This document shows, piece after piece, positions 10,680 through 19,420 of a stretch of DNA of 64,000 nucleotides. Below the pieces are notes generated by a model that saw only the letters and a list, made by a program, of their open reading frames with translations, was not told where the DNA came from and did no database searches. Source of the stretch: OCS116 cluster bacterium AG-390-A19 (GTDB lineage Bacteria; Pseudomonadota; Alphaproteobacteria; MED-G09); assembly GCA_003278145.1 (NCBI GenBank), contig QCGV01000001.1, positions 11,616 through 75,615 of the forward strand, given 5' to 3'. Every line of letters starts with the position of its first letter. Positions within the stretch are counted from its first letter, which is position 1. The translations under genes and the position numbers were made by a program.

Positions 10680-11090
10680 ATGAAAAAATTACCAATAAAA
10701 ATGGTTTCAGCTATAGCCTTGGTTGATATTGATAATAAAGTTTTGATTGCCCAAAGACCTAAAAATAAATTTATGGAAAGTTTCTGGGAGTTTCCTGGCG
10801 GAAAGATTGAGGAAAATGAATCTCCAAATGAATGTATAGTTAGGGAAGTTAGAGAAGAGCTTGGGGTAGATATAAGTAATTCATGCTTCTCGCCGTTAAC
10901 TTTTACTACATTTGATTATGAAGATTTTTCTGTAATAATTTTCTTATATTTGAGTCGAGAATGGGAAGGGTTTATAAAAGGAAAGGAAAACCAAAATTTA
11001 AAATGGGTTCGACCAAATGAGATGTTTGAAATTAACATGCTTCCAGCGGATATACCTTTGATTTCCTTTATAAGGGATAATGTTTCATAG
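10680..11090 (+). CDS. mutT: Nudix hydrolase, MutT-like 8-oxo-dGTP diphosphatase
   Basis: 136 aa with Nudix box GGKIEENESPNECIVREVREELGV. It follows argJ, as in many alphaproteobacteria. Confidence 0.75.
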   Translation: MKKLPIKMVSAIALVDIDNKVLIAQRPKNKFMESFWEFPGGKIEENESPNECIVREVREELGVDISNSCFSPLTFTTFDYEDFSVIIFLYLSREWEGFIKGKENQNLKWVRPNEMFEINMLPADIPLISFIRDNVS

Positions 11091-11146
11091 GCTTTTCTGA
11101 ATTGGATTAATGGTCTAAAATAAAATTTAAAAATTAGGAATCATTT

Positions 11147-12178
11147 ATGTTTTTCTATCCTTTGTTAAGATCTTTACTTTTTTATTTTGATGCTGAGCTT
11201 GCTCATAGAATTACAATTAATCTTCTAAAAACATACCAAATAAAAAATAGTATAGAACATCAATCACTCAGGAGTAATATCTTTGGTTTAAATTTTCCAA
11301 ACCCAGTTGGCCTTGCTGCTGGATTTGATAAAAATTCTGAAGTTCCAAAAAACATTATTAATTTAGGTTTTGGTTTTTCAGAGGTTGGCACAGTTACTCC
11401 TCTGCCACAAAAAGGCAATTCTAAACCAAGAGTATTTAGATTAAAAAATAATCAAGCAATTATTAATCGACTGGGTTTTAATAATGATGGTTTTGAGATT
11501 GTAAAAAAAAGATTAGGCAAAATAGGAAAAAATAATATTGGAGTTAATATTGGAGCTAATAAAAATAGTGAAGATTTTATAAATGATTATTTGAAGGGTA
11601 TAGAATTTTTTTCATCGGTAGCTTCTTATTTAACTATAAATATTTCATCACCAAATACGCCTGGTTTAAGAGATCTTGAGGCTATTGAGAATTTCAGTTT
11701 ACTATTAAATGGGATTGACGAATTAAAGACAAAATCAACAGGTATTAAATTACCTATTTTAATTAAAATATCACCTGATATAAATCAGGATGATTTAGAA
11801 ATTTTATGTGAGAGAGTATTATCTAGTTCTGTTGATGGACTAATTATTTCTAACACTACAATTTCTAGGTATTCCATAGATAGTTCAGAAGAAGGAGGTT
11901 TATCAGGTCAGCCTATTTTTGAATCATCAACAAGCATGTTGAATAAGGTTTATAAATACACTGAAGGAAAAATTCCTTTAGTAGGAGTTGGTGGCATTGA
12001 CTCTGCAGAAAAAGCATACAAAAAAATAAAAAATGGTGCTAGCTTAATTCAACTTTATACTGGTTTGGTTTATAAAGGACCAAAACTAATTACTGAAATA
12101 AATAAAGGTCTTATTAAGTTTATTGAAAAAGATGGATTTAAAAATATATCTGAAGCAGTGGGAGTAGAAGTTAATTAA
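11147..12178 (+). CDS. pyrD: dihydroorotate dehydrogenase (quinone), class 2
   Basis: 343 aa with GFGFSEVGTVT, NRLGFNN, ISSPNTPGLR and GVGGI motifs. Confidence 0.92.
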   Translation: MFFYPLLRSLLFYFDAELAHRITINLLKTYQIKNSIEHQSLRSNIFGLNFPNPVGLAAGFDKNSEVPKNIINLGFGFSEVGTVTPLPQKGNSKPRVFRLKNNQAIINRLGFNNDGFEIVKKRLGKIGKNNIGVNIGANKNSEDFINDYLKGIEFFSSVASYLTINISSPNTPGLRDLEAIENFSLLLNGIDELKTKSTGIKLPILIKISPDINQDDLEILCERVLSSSVDGLIISNTTISRYSIDSSEEGGLSGQPIFESSTSMLNKVYKYTEGKIPLVGVGGIDSAEKAYKKIKNGASLIQLYTGLVYKGPKLITEINKGLIKFIEKDGFKNISEAVGVEVN

Positions 12179-12526
12179 ATGAAAGTAAAAATATATCATA
12201 ATCCAAGATGCTCTAAATCACGTCAAACCTTAGAGATTCTTAATAAAAAAAACTTAGATATAGATATAGTAGAGTATCTGAAATCACCCTTAGATATTAA
12301 TGAGATTTCTAATCTTTTAAAAAAACTAGGTTATACCGCAAGGGATTTACTTAGAAAAGGTGAAGATGTTTACAAAAATGAAAATCTATCTGATAAGAGT
12401 CTTACCGAAGATTTTTTAATTGATATGATGTCAAAAAACCCAATTTTAATTGAGAGACCTATTGTTGTCTCTAATGGTAAAGCTGTTATTGGAAGACCCC
12501 CTGAAAAGGTTTTAGAGATTTTATGA
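12179..12526 (+). CDS. arsC: arsenate reductase (glutaredoxin-type ArsC family)
   Basis: 115 aa, IYHNPRCSKSRQTLEIL ... ILIERPIV, collinear with R773/E. coli ArsC. The ATG directly abuts the pyrD stop. Confidence 0.85.
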   Translation: MKVKIYHNPRCSKSRQTLEILNKKNLDIDIVEYLKSPLDINEISNLLKKLGYTARDLLRKGEDVYKNENLSDKSLTEDFLIDMMSKNPILIERPIVVSNGKAVIGRPPEKVLEIL

Positions 12527-13128
12527 TAGTTAACAATAGTCATAATGATGGTGCCAGAGAAACAAATAAAATAAAAAATCGTCAAGCAATTATTGAGGCT
12601 GGTATTCAGACCTTTATTGCTAAAGGCGTTGCAGAAACAACCGTAAGAGATATTATACGTTCAACAGGATTAGCATCTGGTACTTTCTATAATTATTTTA
12701 ATTCTAAGGAAGAAGTACTGGTCGCCATTTTTGACGATTTTGCAAAAGAGATTGGTAAAACTGTAAGAGATGATGATGTTCAGCCTAAAGATTTTGAAGA
12801 ATTTCTTCGGATAAAATTAACACGTTTTTTTAAATTTGTTTCTTCTAAGCCTGAAATTTTTATGATTATGAGTAATAATCATAATTTAGTTAATACTTTT
12901 AGTATAAATACGCCTCAATTTATTATAGAAATTGATTACCTTAAAGAAGAAATAAATGATTATATTGAGAAGGGTGTCTTCCCTAATTTTGATGTCGACC
13001 TTTTTGCTTTAGTTATTCGTCCCATTACTGATTCGCTTGCTCAGGAAATGATGTCTCAAAAAAAAATTGATATTAATAAATATACTAAAAAATGTATTAA
13101 TTTCTTAACTAGAGGCCTCGGAGTGTAA
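12523..13128 (+). CDS. TetR/AcrR family transcriptional regulator
   Basis: 201 aa with N-terminal HTH TTVRDIIRSTGLASGTFYNYFNSKEE. Its start overlaps the arsC stop (ATGA). Confidence 0.85.
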   Translation: MIVNNSHNDGARETNKIKNRQAIIEAGIQTFIAKGVAETTVRDIIRSTGLASGTFYNYFNSKEEVLVAIFDDFAKEIGKTVRDDDVQPKDFEEFLRIKLTRFFKFVSSKPEIFMIMSNNHNLVNTFSINTPQFIIEIDYLKEEINDYIEKGVFPNFDVDLFALVIRPITDSLAQEMMSQKKIDINKYTKKCINFLTRGLGV

Positions 13129-13130
13129 TT

Positions 13131-14108
13131 ATGTATCGTTCTGTTATTGTTAATGAGTTATCTGATAATTTTTCAAATATCTCTGTTGAAACTTTTGAAA
13201 GAGAAGATCTTCAACCTGATGAGTTAAGGATAAAAGTTAAATCTGCATCAGTAAACTTTCCTGATTTATTAATGACTGCTGGTTTGTATCAATATAAGCC
13301 TGAAGTTCCTTTTATTTTAGGAATGGAGTCTTCTGGTATTGTTATTGAAAAAGGAATAGGTGTTGAAAATTTTGAAATTAATGATGAAGTCATTGTTAGC
13401 TCTTTTACTGGTTCTTTCTCTGAAGAGTTATGTGTTGATAAAATTAAAGTAAGGAAAAAACCTCAAGGTCTTAGCTGGGAGCAAGCTTCTACCTATACAG
13501 TTGCTTATTTAACTGCCTATGTTTCTCTAGTTACGAAAGGTAATTTGAGATCTGGTGAAACATTATTAGTTCATGGCGCTGCTGGAGGAGTTGGTCTTGC
13601 CGCTGTGGATATTGGTAGGTTCATTGGTGCGAAAGTTATAGCTGTTGCTTCTACTCAAGAAAAAAGAGACTTCCTTTTATCTTATGGCGCTGATTTTGCA
13701 ATATCACCTGAGAAAGGTTTTAAGGATTATGTTAAGGAGTTAACTGATAATAAAGGCGCCGATGTAATTTACGATCCTGTTGGTGGTGATGTTTTTGATG
13801 AGTCAATAAGATGTATAGCCTGGAATGGAAGACTTCTTGTTATTGGTTTTGCTTCGGGAAGAATACCATCAATTCCGGTTAATATGCCACTAATTAAGGG
13901 CTTTTCAGTTATTGGTGTAAGAGCAGGTGAATATGGCAGAAGAAGCCCTGAGGAAGGTAAAAAACATTTCGAGGAAATAGATAAACTTATAAGCAATGGA
14001 TCTCTCAATCCCCACATCCATAAAATATACTCTCTTGATGAAACTATCGAGGCTTTAAAGGAGTTAGACGAAAGACGTGTTATTGGTAAAGTTTGTATAA
14101 ATCCATAA
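13131..14108 (+). CDS. NADPH:quinone oxidoreductase family (MDR/zeta-crystallin-like)
   Basis: 325 aa with Rossmann motif HGAAGGVGLAAVDIG and an MDR fold pattern. Confidence 0.85.
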   Translation: MYRSVIVNELSDNFSNISVETFEREDLQPDELRIKVKSASVNFPDLLMTAGLYQYKPEVPFILGMESSGIVIEKGIGVENFEINDEVIVSSFTGSFSEELCVDKIKVRKKPQGLSWEQASTYTVAYLTAYVSLVTKGNLRSGETLLVHGAAGGVGLAAVDIGRFIGAKVIAVASTQEKRDFLLSYGADFAISPEKGFKDYVKELTDNKGADVIYDPVGGDVFDESIRCIAWNGRLLVIGFASGRIPSIPVNMPLIKGFSVIGVRAGEYGRRSPEEGKKHFEEIDKLISNGSLNPHIHKIYSLDETIEALKELDERRVIGKVCINP

Positions 14109-14116
14109 ATTTTATT

Positions 14117-14138
14117 TTGAATAGTGTACATTATTCAA
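14117..14138. promoter_or_regulatory. 22-bp near-perfect palindrome TTGAATAGTGTACATTATTCAA, candidate operator of the umuDC operon
   Basis: The reverse complement differs at only 2 symmetric positions. It overlaps a possible -35 (TTCAAA 14134-14139), followed 16-18 nt later by TATATA/TATAAA, about 45 bp upstream of the umuD-like ATG. Confidence 0.45.
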
Positions 14139-14182
14139 AAAATACTCTATTAGTATATATAAAGTTTAAGGAGTAATATCTC

Positions 14183-14698
14183 ATGCCAAGAGGCGGAATG
14201 CGTATCGGTGCTGGTAGACCAAAAGGTCAAGGAAAGTTTGGTGAAAAAACAAAACCCATAAGAATACCATTGAGTATGGTAGATAATGTACTTAGCTTTA
14301 TAAAAAATAATGATCTCTCTTTGCCTATTTATAGTAATAAGGTAACAGCCGGATTTCCTTCACCTGCAGATGATCATATCGAAGGAAAGCTTGATTTAAA
14401 TACTCATCTAATTAAACACCCTTCAGCTACTTTTTTTGTTAAGGCAACAGGGGATTCAATGATAGAAGCAGGTATTCATGAGGGCGATATTTTGGTTGTT
14501 GATAGAAGTTTAGAACCTCGTAATGGTAAAATTATTATTGCAGCAGTTGATGGTAGCTTAACAGTCAAAAGACTGGTGAAAAATGGAAAAAATGCAATGC
14601 TTTCTCCTGAGAATAGTAAATATAAGCCAATTAAATTAACAGAGAATAACGATATAATTATTTGGGGTGTCGTCACTAATGTAATTCATAAAGTTTAG
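14183..14698 (+). CDS. umuD: UmuD-like S24 autopeptidase (Pol V accessory subunit) with extended N-terminal arm
   Basis: 171 aa. The region AGFPSPADD...HPSATFFVKATGDSM...LTVKRL is collinear with E. coli UmuD (cleavage-site equivalent A56-G57, Ser92, Lys129). The 56-aa N-terminal arm contains GAGRPKGQGK. Confidence 0.85.
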   Translation: MPRGGMRIGAGRPKGQGKFGEKTKPIRIPLSMVDNVLSFIKNNDLSLPIYSNKVTAGFPSPADDHIEGKLDLNTHLIKHPSATFFVKATGDSMIEAGIHEGDILVVDRSLEPRNGKIIIAAVDGSLTVKRLVKNGKNAMLSPENSKYKPIKLTENNDIIIWGVVTNVIHKV

Positions 14699-14700
14699 TT

Positions 14701-15963
14701 GTGAGTAAGGTTTTCGCTCTTATTGATTGTAATAATTTTTATGTATCGTGTGAACGTGTTTTCGATCCTTCATTGATAGATAAACCAGTTGTAGTTTTAT
14801 CAAATAATGATGGATGTATAATCTCTCGTTCCAATGAAGCAAAATTACTTAATATTCCAATGGGTGCACCTTTGCATCTATATAGAAATATAATCGATGC
14901 AAACAGGGTGAAGGTTTATTCGTCGAACTATCCACTATACGGTGATATGTCGAATAGAGTGATGACCTCTTTGATGACATTAAATTCTGAATTAGAGATT
15001 TATTCAATCGATGAGGCTTTTCTAAAAATCAATAAACAAGATAATCGTAATATTGAGTGTGATATTTCAAAAATAAGAAAGAATATATTGATGTGGACGG
15101 GAATACCAGTCTCCATCGGCTTAGGTCCTACCAAAACGTTAGCTAAAATTGCTAACAGCATGGCTAAAAAAAGTGAGAATGGTATTTTCAATTTAGATAC
15201 AGAAGATAAACAAAATAAAATTTTAAGAAATATTAATGTGGAGGATATATGGGGGATTTCTAGACGATGGGGATCCAAGCTGAGAATGATAGGTATCGGC
15301 AATGCGTTAGATTTGAGAGATGCATCAGCTAATAAAATAAGACAATACCTTGGAGTTGTTGTACAACGTATTGTCTATGAGCTACGCGGTATATCATGTT
15401 TGGATCTTGATAAAATTTTACCTAAAAAAAATATCATGTGTTCACGATCATTTGGCAATCCTGTAAACAATAAAGCCACCATAAAAGATTTTATTACAGA
15501 ATATGCAATAAGAGCTACTGAGAAAGTCAGACAACAAAACACTAGGGCGCAAGGAATTTATATTTTTTTACAAACAAATAGATTTAGAAAGGAGAAGCAG
15601 TACAGCAGCGGTATTATGTTTGGTTTAAATTCTCCGTCTTGTGATACATCTATAATAATTAAATTAGCATTAAGAGCGGTAGATCAAATCTATCAATCTG
15701 GTTATTCTTATCATAAGGCAGGAATTATGATGCTTGATTTAATCCCTTCTGAAATTCACCAACAGGACTTATTCCAAAATACTAATTATTCATTATCTGA
15801 TCAACGTATGGGGGTAATAGATTTTTTAAATAATAAATATGGTTCGGGAATCATTACGCACGGTAAAATCAGACAAAAGGATAAGAGTAGGTGGAAAAGC
15901 AAGAGCTTTTATTTGTCACCACGCTATACAACACAGTGGGACGAATTACCGCAGGTTAGTTAA
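14701..15963 (+). CDS. umuC: Y-family DNA polymerase V catalytic subunit UmuC
   Basis: 420 aa with GTG start. FALIDCNNFYVSCERVFDP and SIDEAFL motifs; it sits 2 nt after the umuD stop. Confidence 0.9.
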   Translation: MSKVFALIDCNNFYVSCERVFDPSLIDKPVVVLSNNDGCIISRSNEAKLLNIPMGAPLHLYRNIIDANRVKVYSSNYPLYGDMSNRVMTSLMTLNSELEIYSIDEAFLKINKQDNRNIECDISKIRKNILMWTGIPVSIGLGPTKTLAKIANSMAKKSENGIFNLDTEDKQNKILRNINVEDIWGISRRWGSKLRMIGIGNALDLRDASANKIRQYLGVVVQRIVYELRGISCLDLDKILPKKNIMCSRSFGNPVNNKATIKDFITEYAIRATEKVRQQNTRAQGIYIFLQTNRFRKEKQYSSGIMFGLNSPSCDTSIIIKLALRAVDQIYQSGYSYHKAGIMMLDLIPSEIHQQDLFQNTNYSLSDQRMGVIDFLNNKYGSGIITHGKIRQKDKSRWKSKSFYLSPRYTTQWDELPQVS

Positions 15964-16077
15964 AAAGAATTCATTGATCGAAAAGTGATTGTGTAATATT
16001 TAAATTAATCTTTAAAAACAGGTATTTGACAATCAGCTTGTGCACCTTGGATTTCTTAAAGCACTAAAGAGAGAAAA

Positions 16078-17364
16078 ATGACAACATTAAACTTAACAGC
16101 AAACGACGATATAATAATTCCAACCAATGATGACACTACTTATAGAGGGTTAGGTGGTAATGATACTTATATATTAGTATCACAAAAAAATTCTGCTTCA
16201 GTGTCAATTATTGATACAGAGGGTAGTAACGTAATTCAGTTACCTGAATGGTCTAAAATAAAATCAATAGTAGTAGCCAAAAGTGCCCTTAAGATAACCT
16301 GTGATGATATGACAGTTTTTACCATAAATGGAGCTGACAAATTCTCATATGATATAGGAGGTAATTTTACCAATAGTAGTCTAGGTGAGATAAAAACATT
16401 CAGTGAATTTGTTGAAGTTTTCGAATTATCTCCGCCATCATCAGGAACAGTTAGTTCAGATACAAATAAAATTGTCTATGATGATCAGTTTCGCGTCCTT
16501 TATGAGGTTGAAGTTAAAAAAGAGGATAATGGTAATAAATATTATTTAAATGGTGAACTTAGCCCTGATATATCTCTAAATTCTGGTGAGAAGTATGTTT
16601 TTGATTTAAATGACGAAACTGCCTCAAATCACCCCCTATCGATTTCTGAGACAAAGAATGGAATTCATAATGATGGGGTGTCGGTGAACAATGGTATAAA
16701 TTACTATTTAAAAGGTGATAATGTAACAGAGCAAGAATTCTCATCATCATTTTCAGAAAATGCATCCCTTGAAAATGCTTTTGTTGTTTTCGAACCCTCA
16801 TCAAATGATACAGTTTTATATTATTATTGTTTATTTCATGATGGCATGGCTAATGATGCAAAGATTCTTATCGATGGATTTGTAGAGCAAATTCCGGAAG
16901 CTACTGTAACAACAATAATGGTTCAAAGTAGCGGCTCTTCAGATTACAAATTTACTGCAGAGGGTTTACAGGGTTTTGATCCAACATTGACCTTGGTAAG
17001 GGGAAAAACTTATGAGTTTGATATAACAGCAGGAGGTCATCCTTTTTGGATAAAAACAACTCAAGGTACCGGATCCTTTGATCAGTACAATGAAGGCATT
17101 ATTAATAATGGTGTATCAAATGGAAAATTAACCTTTACTGTAGCAGATAATGCACCATCGAAACTTTTTTATAATTGTCAGTTTCACGGAAGTATGACAG
17201 GAACCATAAATATTGTTGATAATAATGATAATGGAAACATTATAGAAACATCCAGTAATACAAATACAGGTGGATCTTCACCAAGTTATGGATATAGTTT
17301 GGATTTAGATATACCATATAGTTTTGGACAAGACATTATACCTACAAGTGGGTACGATATTTAA
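16078..17364 (+). CDS. hypothetical protein: RTX-like N-terminal module + two amicyanin-type cupredoxin-like domains
   Basis: 428 aa. There are two copies of a type-1 copper ligand pattern: H185...C251-x2-H254-x2-M257 (YYCLFHDGM) and H321...C367-x2-H370-x2-M373 (NCQFHGSM). The N-terminus carries GLGGNDTYIL. I see no Sec/Tat signal. Confidence 0.6.
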   Translation: MTTLNLTANDDIIIPTNDDTTYRGLGGNDTYILVSQKNSASVSIIDTEGSNVIQLPEWSKIKSIVVAKSALKITCDDMTVFTINGADKFSYDIGGNFTNSSLGEIKTFSEFVEVFELSPPSSGTVSSDTNKIVYDDQFRVLYEVEVKKEDNGNKYYLNGELSPDISLNSGEKYVFDLNDETASNHPLSISETKNGIHNDGVSVNNGINYYLKGDNVTEQEFSSSFSENASLENAFVVFEPSSNDTVLYYYCLFHDGMANDAKILIDGFVEQIPEATVTTIMVQSSGSSDYKFTAEGLQGFDPTLTLVRGKTYEFDITAGGHPFWIKTTQGTGSFDQYNEGIINNGVSNGKLTFTVADNAPSKLFYNCQFHGSMTGTINIVDNNDNGNIIETSSNTNTGGSSPSYGYSLDLDIPYSFGQDIIPTSGYDI

Positions 17365-17375
17365 AACGGTGAAAA

Positions 17376-17771
17376 ATGGCTGAATATTTTACAGTAGCAT
17401 TACTATCTATAATGATTTTCTATTCATTTGGAATTGCCTTTAATGTTCATAAAACCCTAGATAAAGAAAATGCAGGTAAGCTCTTAAGAAAACTTTTTCC
17501 TCTTTATTTTCTTTGGGGAATTATAATTTCAATATTTATTGAGATTATATTCTTATACCTAGGAACTTCCCTTAAGGCATTACTTATGGCAATTGTAGCA
17601 ATTGGCTTTCTTTATTCAAGACAAGTTTTAGTACCTTTATTGAATAAAAATAGGGATTTAGCTAATGAAGGCGATGAGGAAGCCAAAAAAGCTTTTGGCT
17701 CCCTTCATTTAAGAAGTGTTTCAATTAATATAATACAAATGGTTTTATTGGTTGTTGTATTAACCCTTTAA
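17376..17771 (+). CDS. hypothetical membrane protein (about 4 TM)
   Basis: 131 aa, hydrophobic, 11 nt downstream of the cupredoxin-like gene. Confidence 0.6.
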   Translation: MAEYFTVALLSIMIFYSFGIAFNVHKTLDKENAGKLLRKLFPLYFLWGIIISIFIEIIFLYLGTSLKALLMAIVAIGFLYSRQVLVPLLNKNRDLANEGDEEAKKAFGSLHLRSVSINIIQMVLLVVVLTL

Positions 17772-18649
17772 ACAGATCTTTTAGCCTTATCAGCGTCATT
17801 TGATGATTTAATCATGTTTCTAATACCATCCCAATCTTCATCTGAAAGTTTATCAAGACTTTGATAGAAATTTCCTGCTGACCCAAGATGACTAGCTCCA
17901 TCAATGGCAATAGTTTGACCTGTTAAGTAGTCACAACCATCGGCCATTAAGAAGGTGGCAAGATTACGAAGTTCTTGCATTTCACCATTCCGTCTCATTG
18001 GTATCTTTGCATCATTTTCATTTGAGTCAGTATCTTGTCCTGGACTAAGTCTTTCCCAGGCACCTTTGGTTGGGAAAGGACCAGGAGCAATAGCATTTAA
18101 TCTAATTCCATAATGACCCCATTCGGCAGCAAGAGATTTTGTCATTATATTAACACCTGCTTTTGACATAGCGGACGGGACTGTGAATGGTCCTCCATTC
18201 CATATCCAAGTAGTCAAAATAGATATTACTGATCCTTTTACACCTTCATCTATCCATCTTGTTCCACAAGCATGAGTTAAATAAAATGACCCCCTAAAGA
18301 CAATATTAGATATAGCTTCAAATCCTCTTGGCGTGACATCTTTTGTAGGAGAAATAAAATTACCAGCAGCATTATTTACTAAACCAGTAAGAGCTCCTCC
18401 ATCCTTCCATATTGTATCGATCATATCATTAACTGCTTCTGAAACTCTAATATCACAGGCGTAACCTTTTATTTGACCACCGGAGTCAGTAATTTCCTTT
18501 ACAGTTTCGTCTAAAACAGATTGTCTTCTTCCACAGATATAAACACTTGCACCTAAAGAAGCATATTCCGCTGCCATTTCTTTTCCTAATCCAGTGCCTC
18601 CACCAGTAACCAAAATTCTTTTTCCTTTAAGGACATCTTTTTGAAACAT
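17768..18649 (-). CDS. SDR family oxidoreductase, 2,4-dienoyl-CoA reductase-like
   Basis: 293 aa with TGGGTGLG, NNAAGNF and the S..K active-site region, resembling the DECR-type SDR subgroup. Confidence 0.8.
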   Translation of the reverse strand: MFQKDVLKGKRILVTGGGTGLGKEMAAEYASLGASVYICGRRQSVLDETVKEITDSGGQIKGYACDIRVSEAVNDMIDTIWKDGGALTGLVNNAAGNFISPTKDVTPRGFEAISNIVFRGSFYLTHACGTRWIDEGVKGSVISILTTWIWNGGPFTVPSAMSKAGVNIMTKSLAAEWGHYGIRLNAIAPGPFPTKGAWERLSPGQDTDSNENDAKIPMRRNGEMQELRNLATFLMADGCDYLTGQTIAIDGASHLGSAGNFYQSLDKLSDEDWDGIRNMIKSSNDADKAKRSV

Positions 18650-18658
18650 TTTATTCCC

Positions 18659-19420
18659 CTATGTAAGTTTATAACGACTAAATATTAATGAAACTACCCA
18701 GCCTAAAAGTCCAGATAAAATAATAGCAATAATACCATAAAGTAATGCAAAATTATTTGCAAAAAGCCATATTAATCTTGCAAATCCAGCTTGTTTTAAA
18801 TCAATGGTGCTCTCAGCATAAGATATTGCTTCACCATTTTGAAAAAGAAAATATCTAACAAAGTACTTACCCTGAAGTGAGTTTGGTGGTAGTGAAAATT
18901 CTGTTTTAAATAAACCTACTTTTCCTGGGCCAGATCTTAGAATGATATTACCCTGTTTTTCAAAAAATTGGCCATTTTTAAACATTTCAGATCTAAGTCT
19001 TTGATCAAATTCTGATTGTTTAATTGTACTATACTTTATGTCCGCTTTACCTAATGGTAAATGCTCAATACCGAGTCCTAATTTGTTAAGACCTTCTTGG
19101 TTAGTAATTTCTTCCAGTGGTTTTGAGCTTAATAAATTATAATAACTAGGGACATTTTTGTAATAAGATTTACCTCTTCCTAACCAAAAGCCAAAATACC
19201 GCTTTCTTTCTTGCATAGTTTGATTTTTAGGTGGTCCAACTACTTCTATAATTATATCTCTTTTTCCTGTAGGTGTTGCTCCAAATAGAACTATTTTAGT
19301 ACCTGAAATACCAGGTTCAATTTCAATATCCCTCTCATTTGTATCAATAACTAAATCAAGAGGAGCCTGAGCTGTCACTATTAAAACTATAAAAAACATT
19401 TTTAAATAATTTTTTATCAT
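18659..19420 (-). CDS. TIGR02186-like (Alph_Pro_TM) membrane protein
   Basis: 253 aa with a signal peptide and a C-terminal TM. Pattern: ...IEIEPGISGTKIVLFGAT...DIIIEVVGP...ERKRYFGFWLGRG. Translationally coupled to a TauE/SafE gene, the usual alphaproteobacterial pairing as I recall it. Confidence 0.6.
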   Translation of the reverse strand: MIKNYLKMFFIVLIVTAQAPLDLVIDTNERDIEIEPGISGTKIVLFGATPTGKRDIIIEVVGPPKNQTMQERKRYFGFWLGRGKSYYKNVPSYYNLLSSKPLEEITNQEGLNKLGLGIEHLPLGKADIKYSTIKQSEFDQRLRSEMFKNGQFFEKQGNIILRSGPGKVGLFKTEFSLPPNSLQGKYFVRYFLFQNGEAISYAESTIDLKQAGFARLIWLFANNFALLYGIIAIILSGLLGWVVSLIFSRYKLT

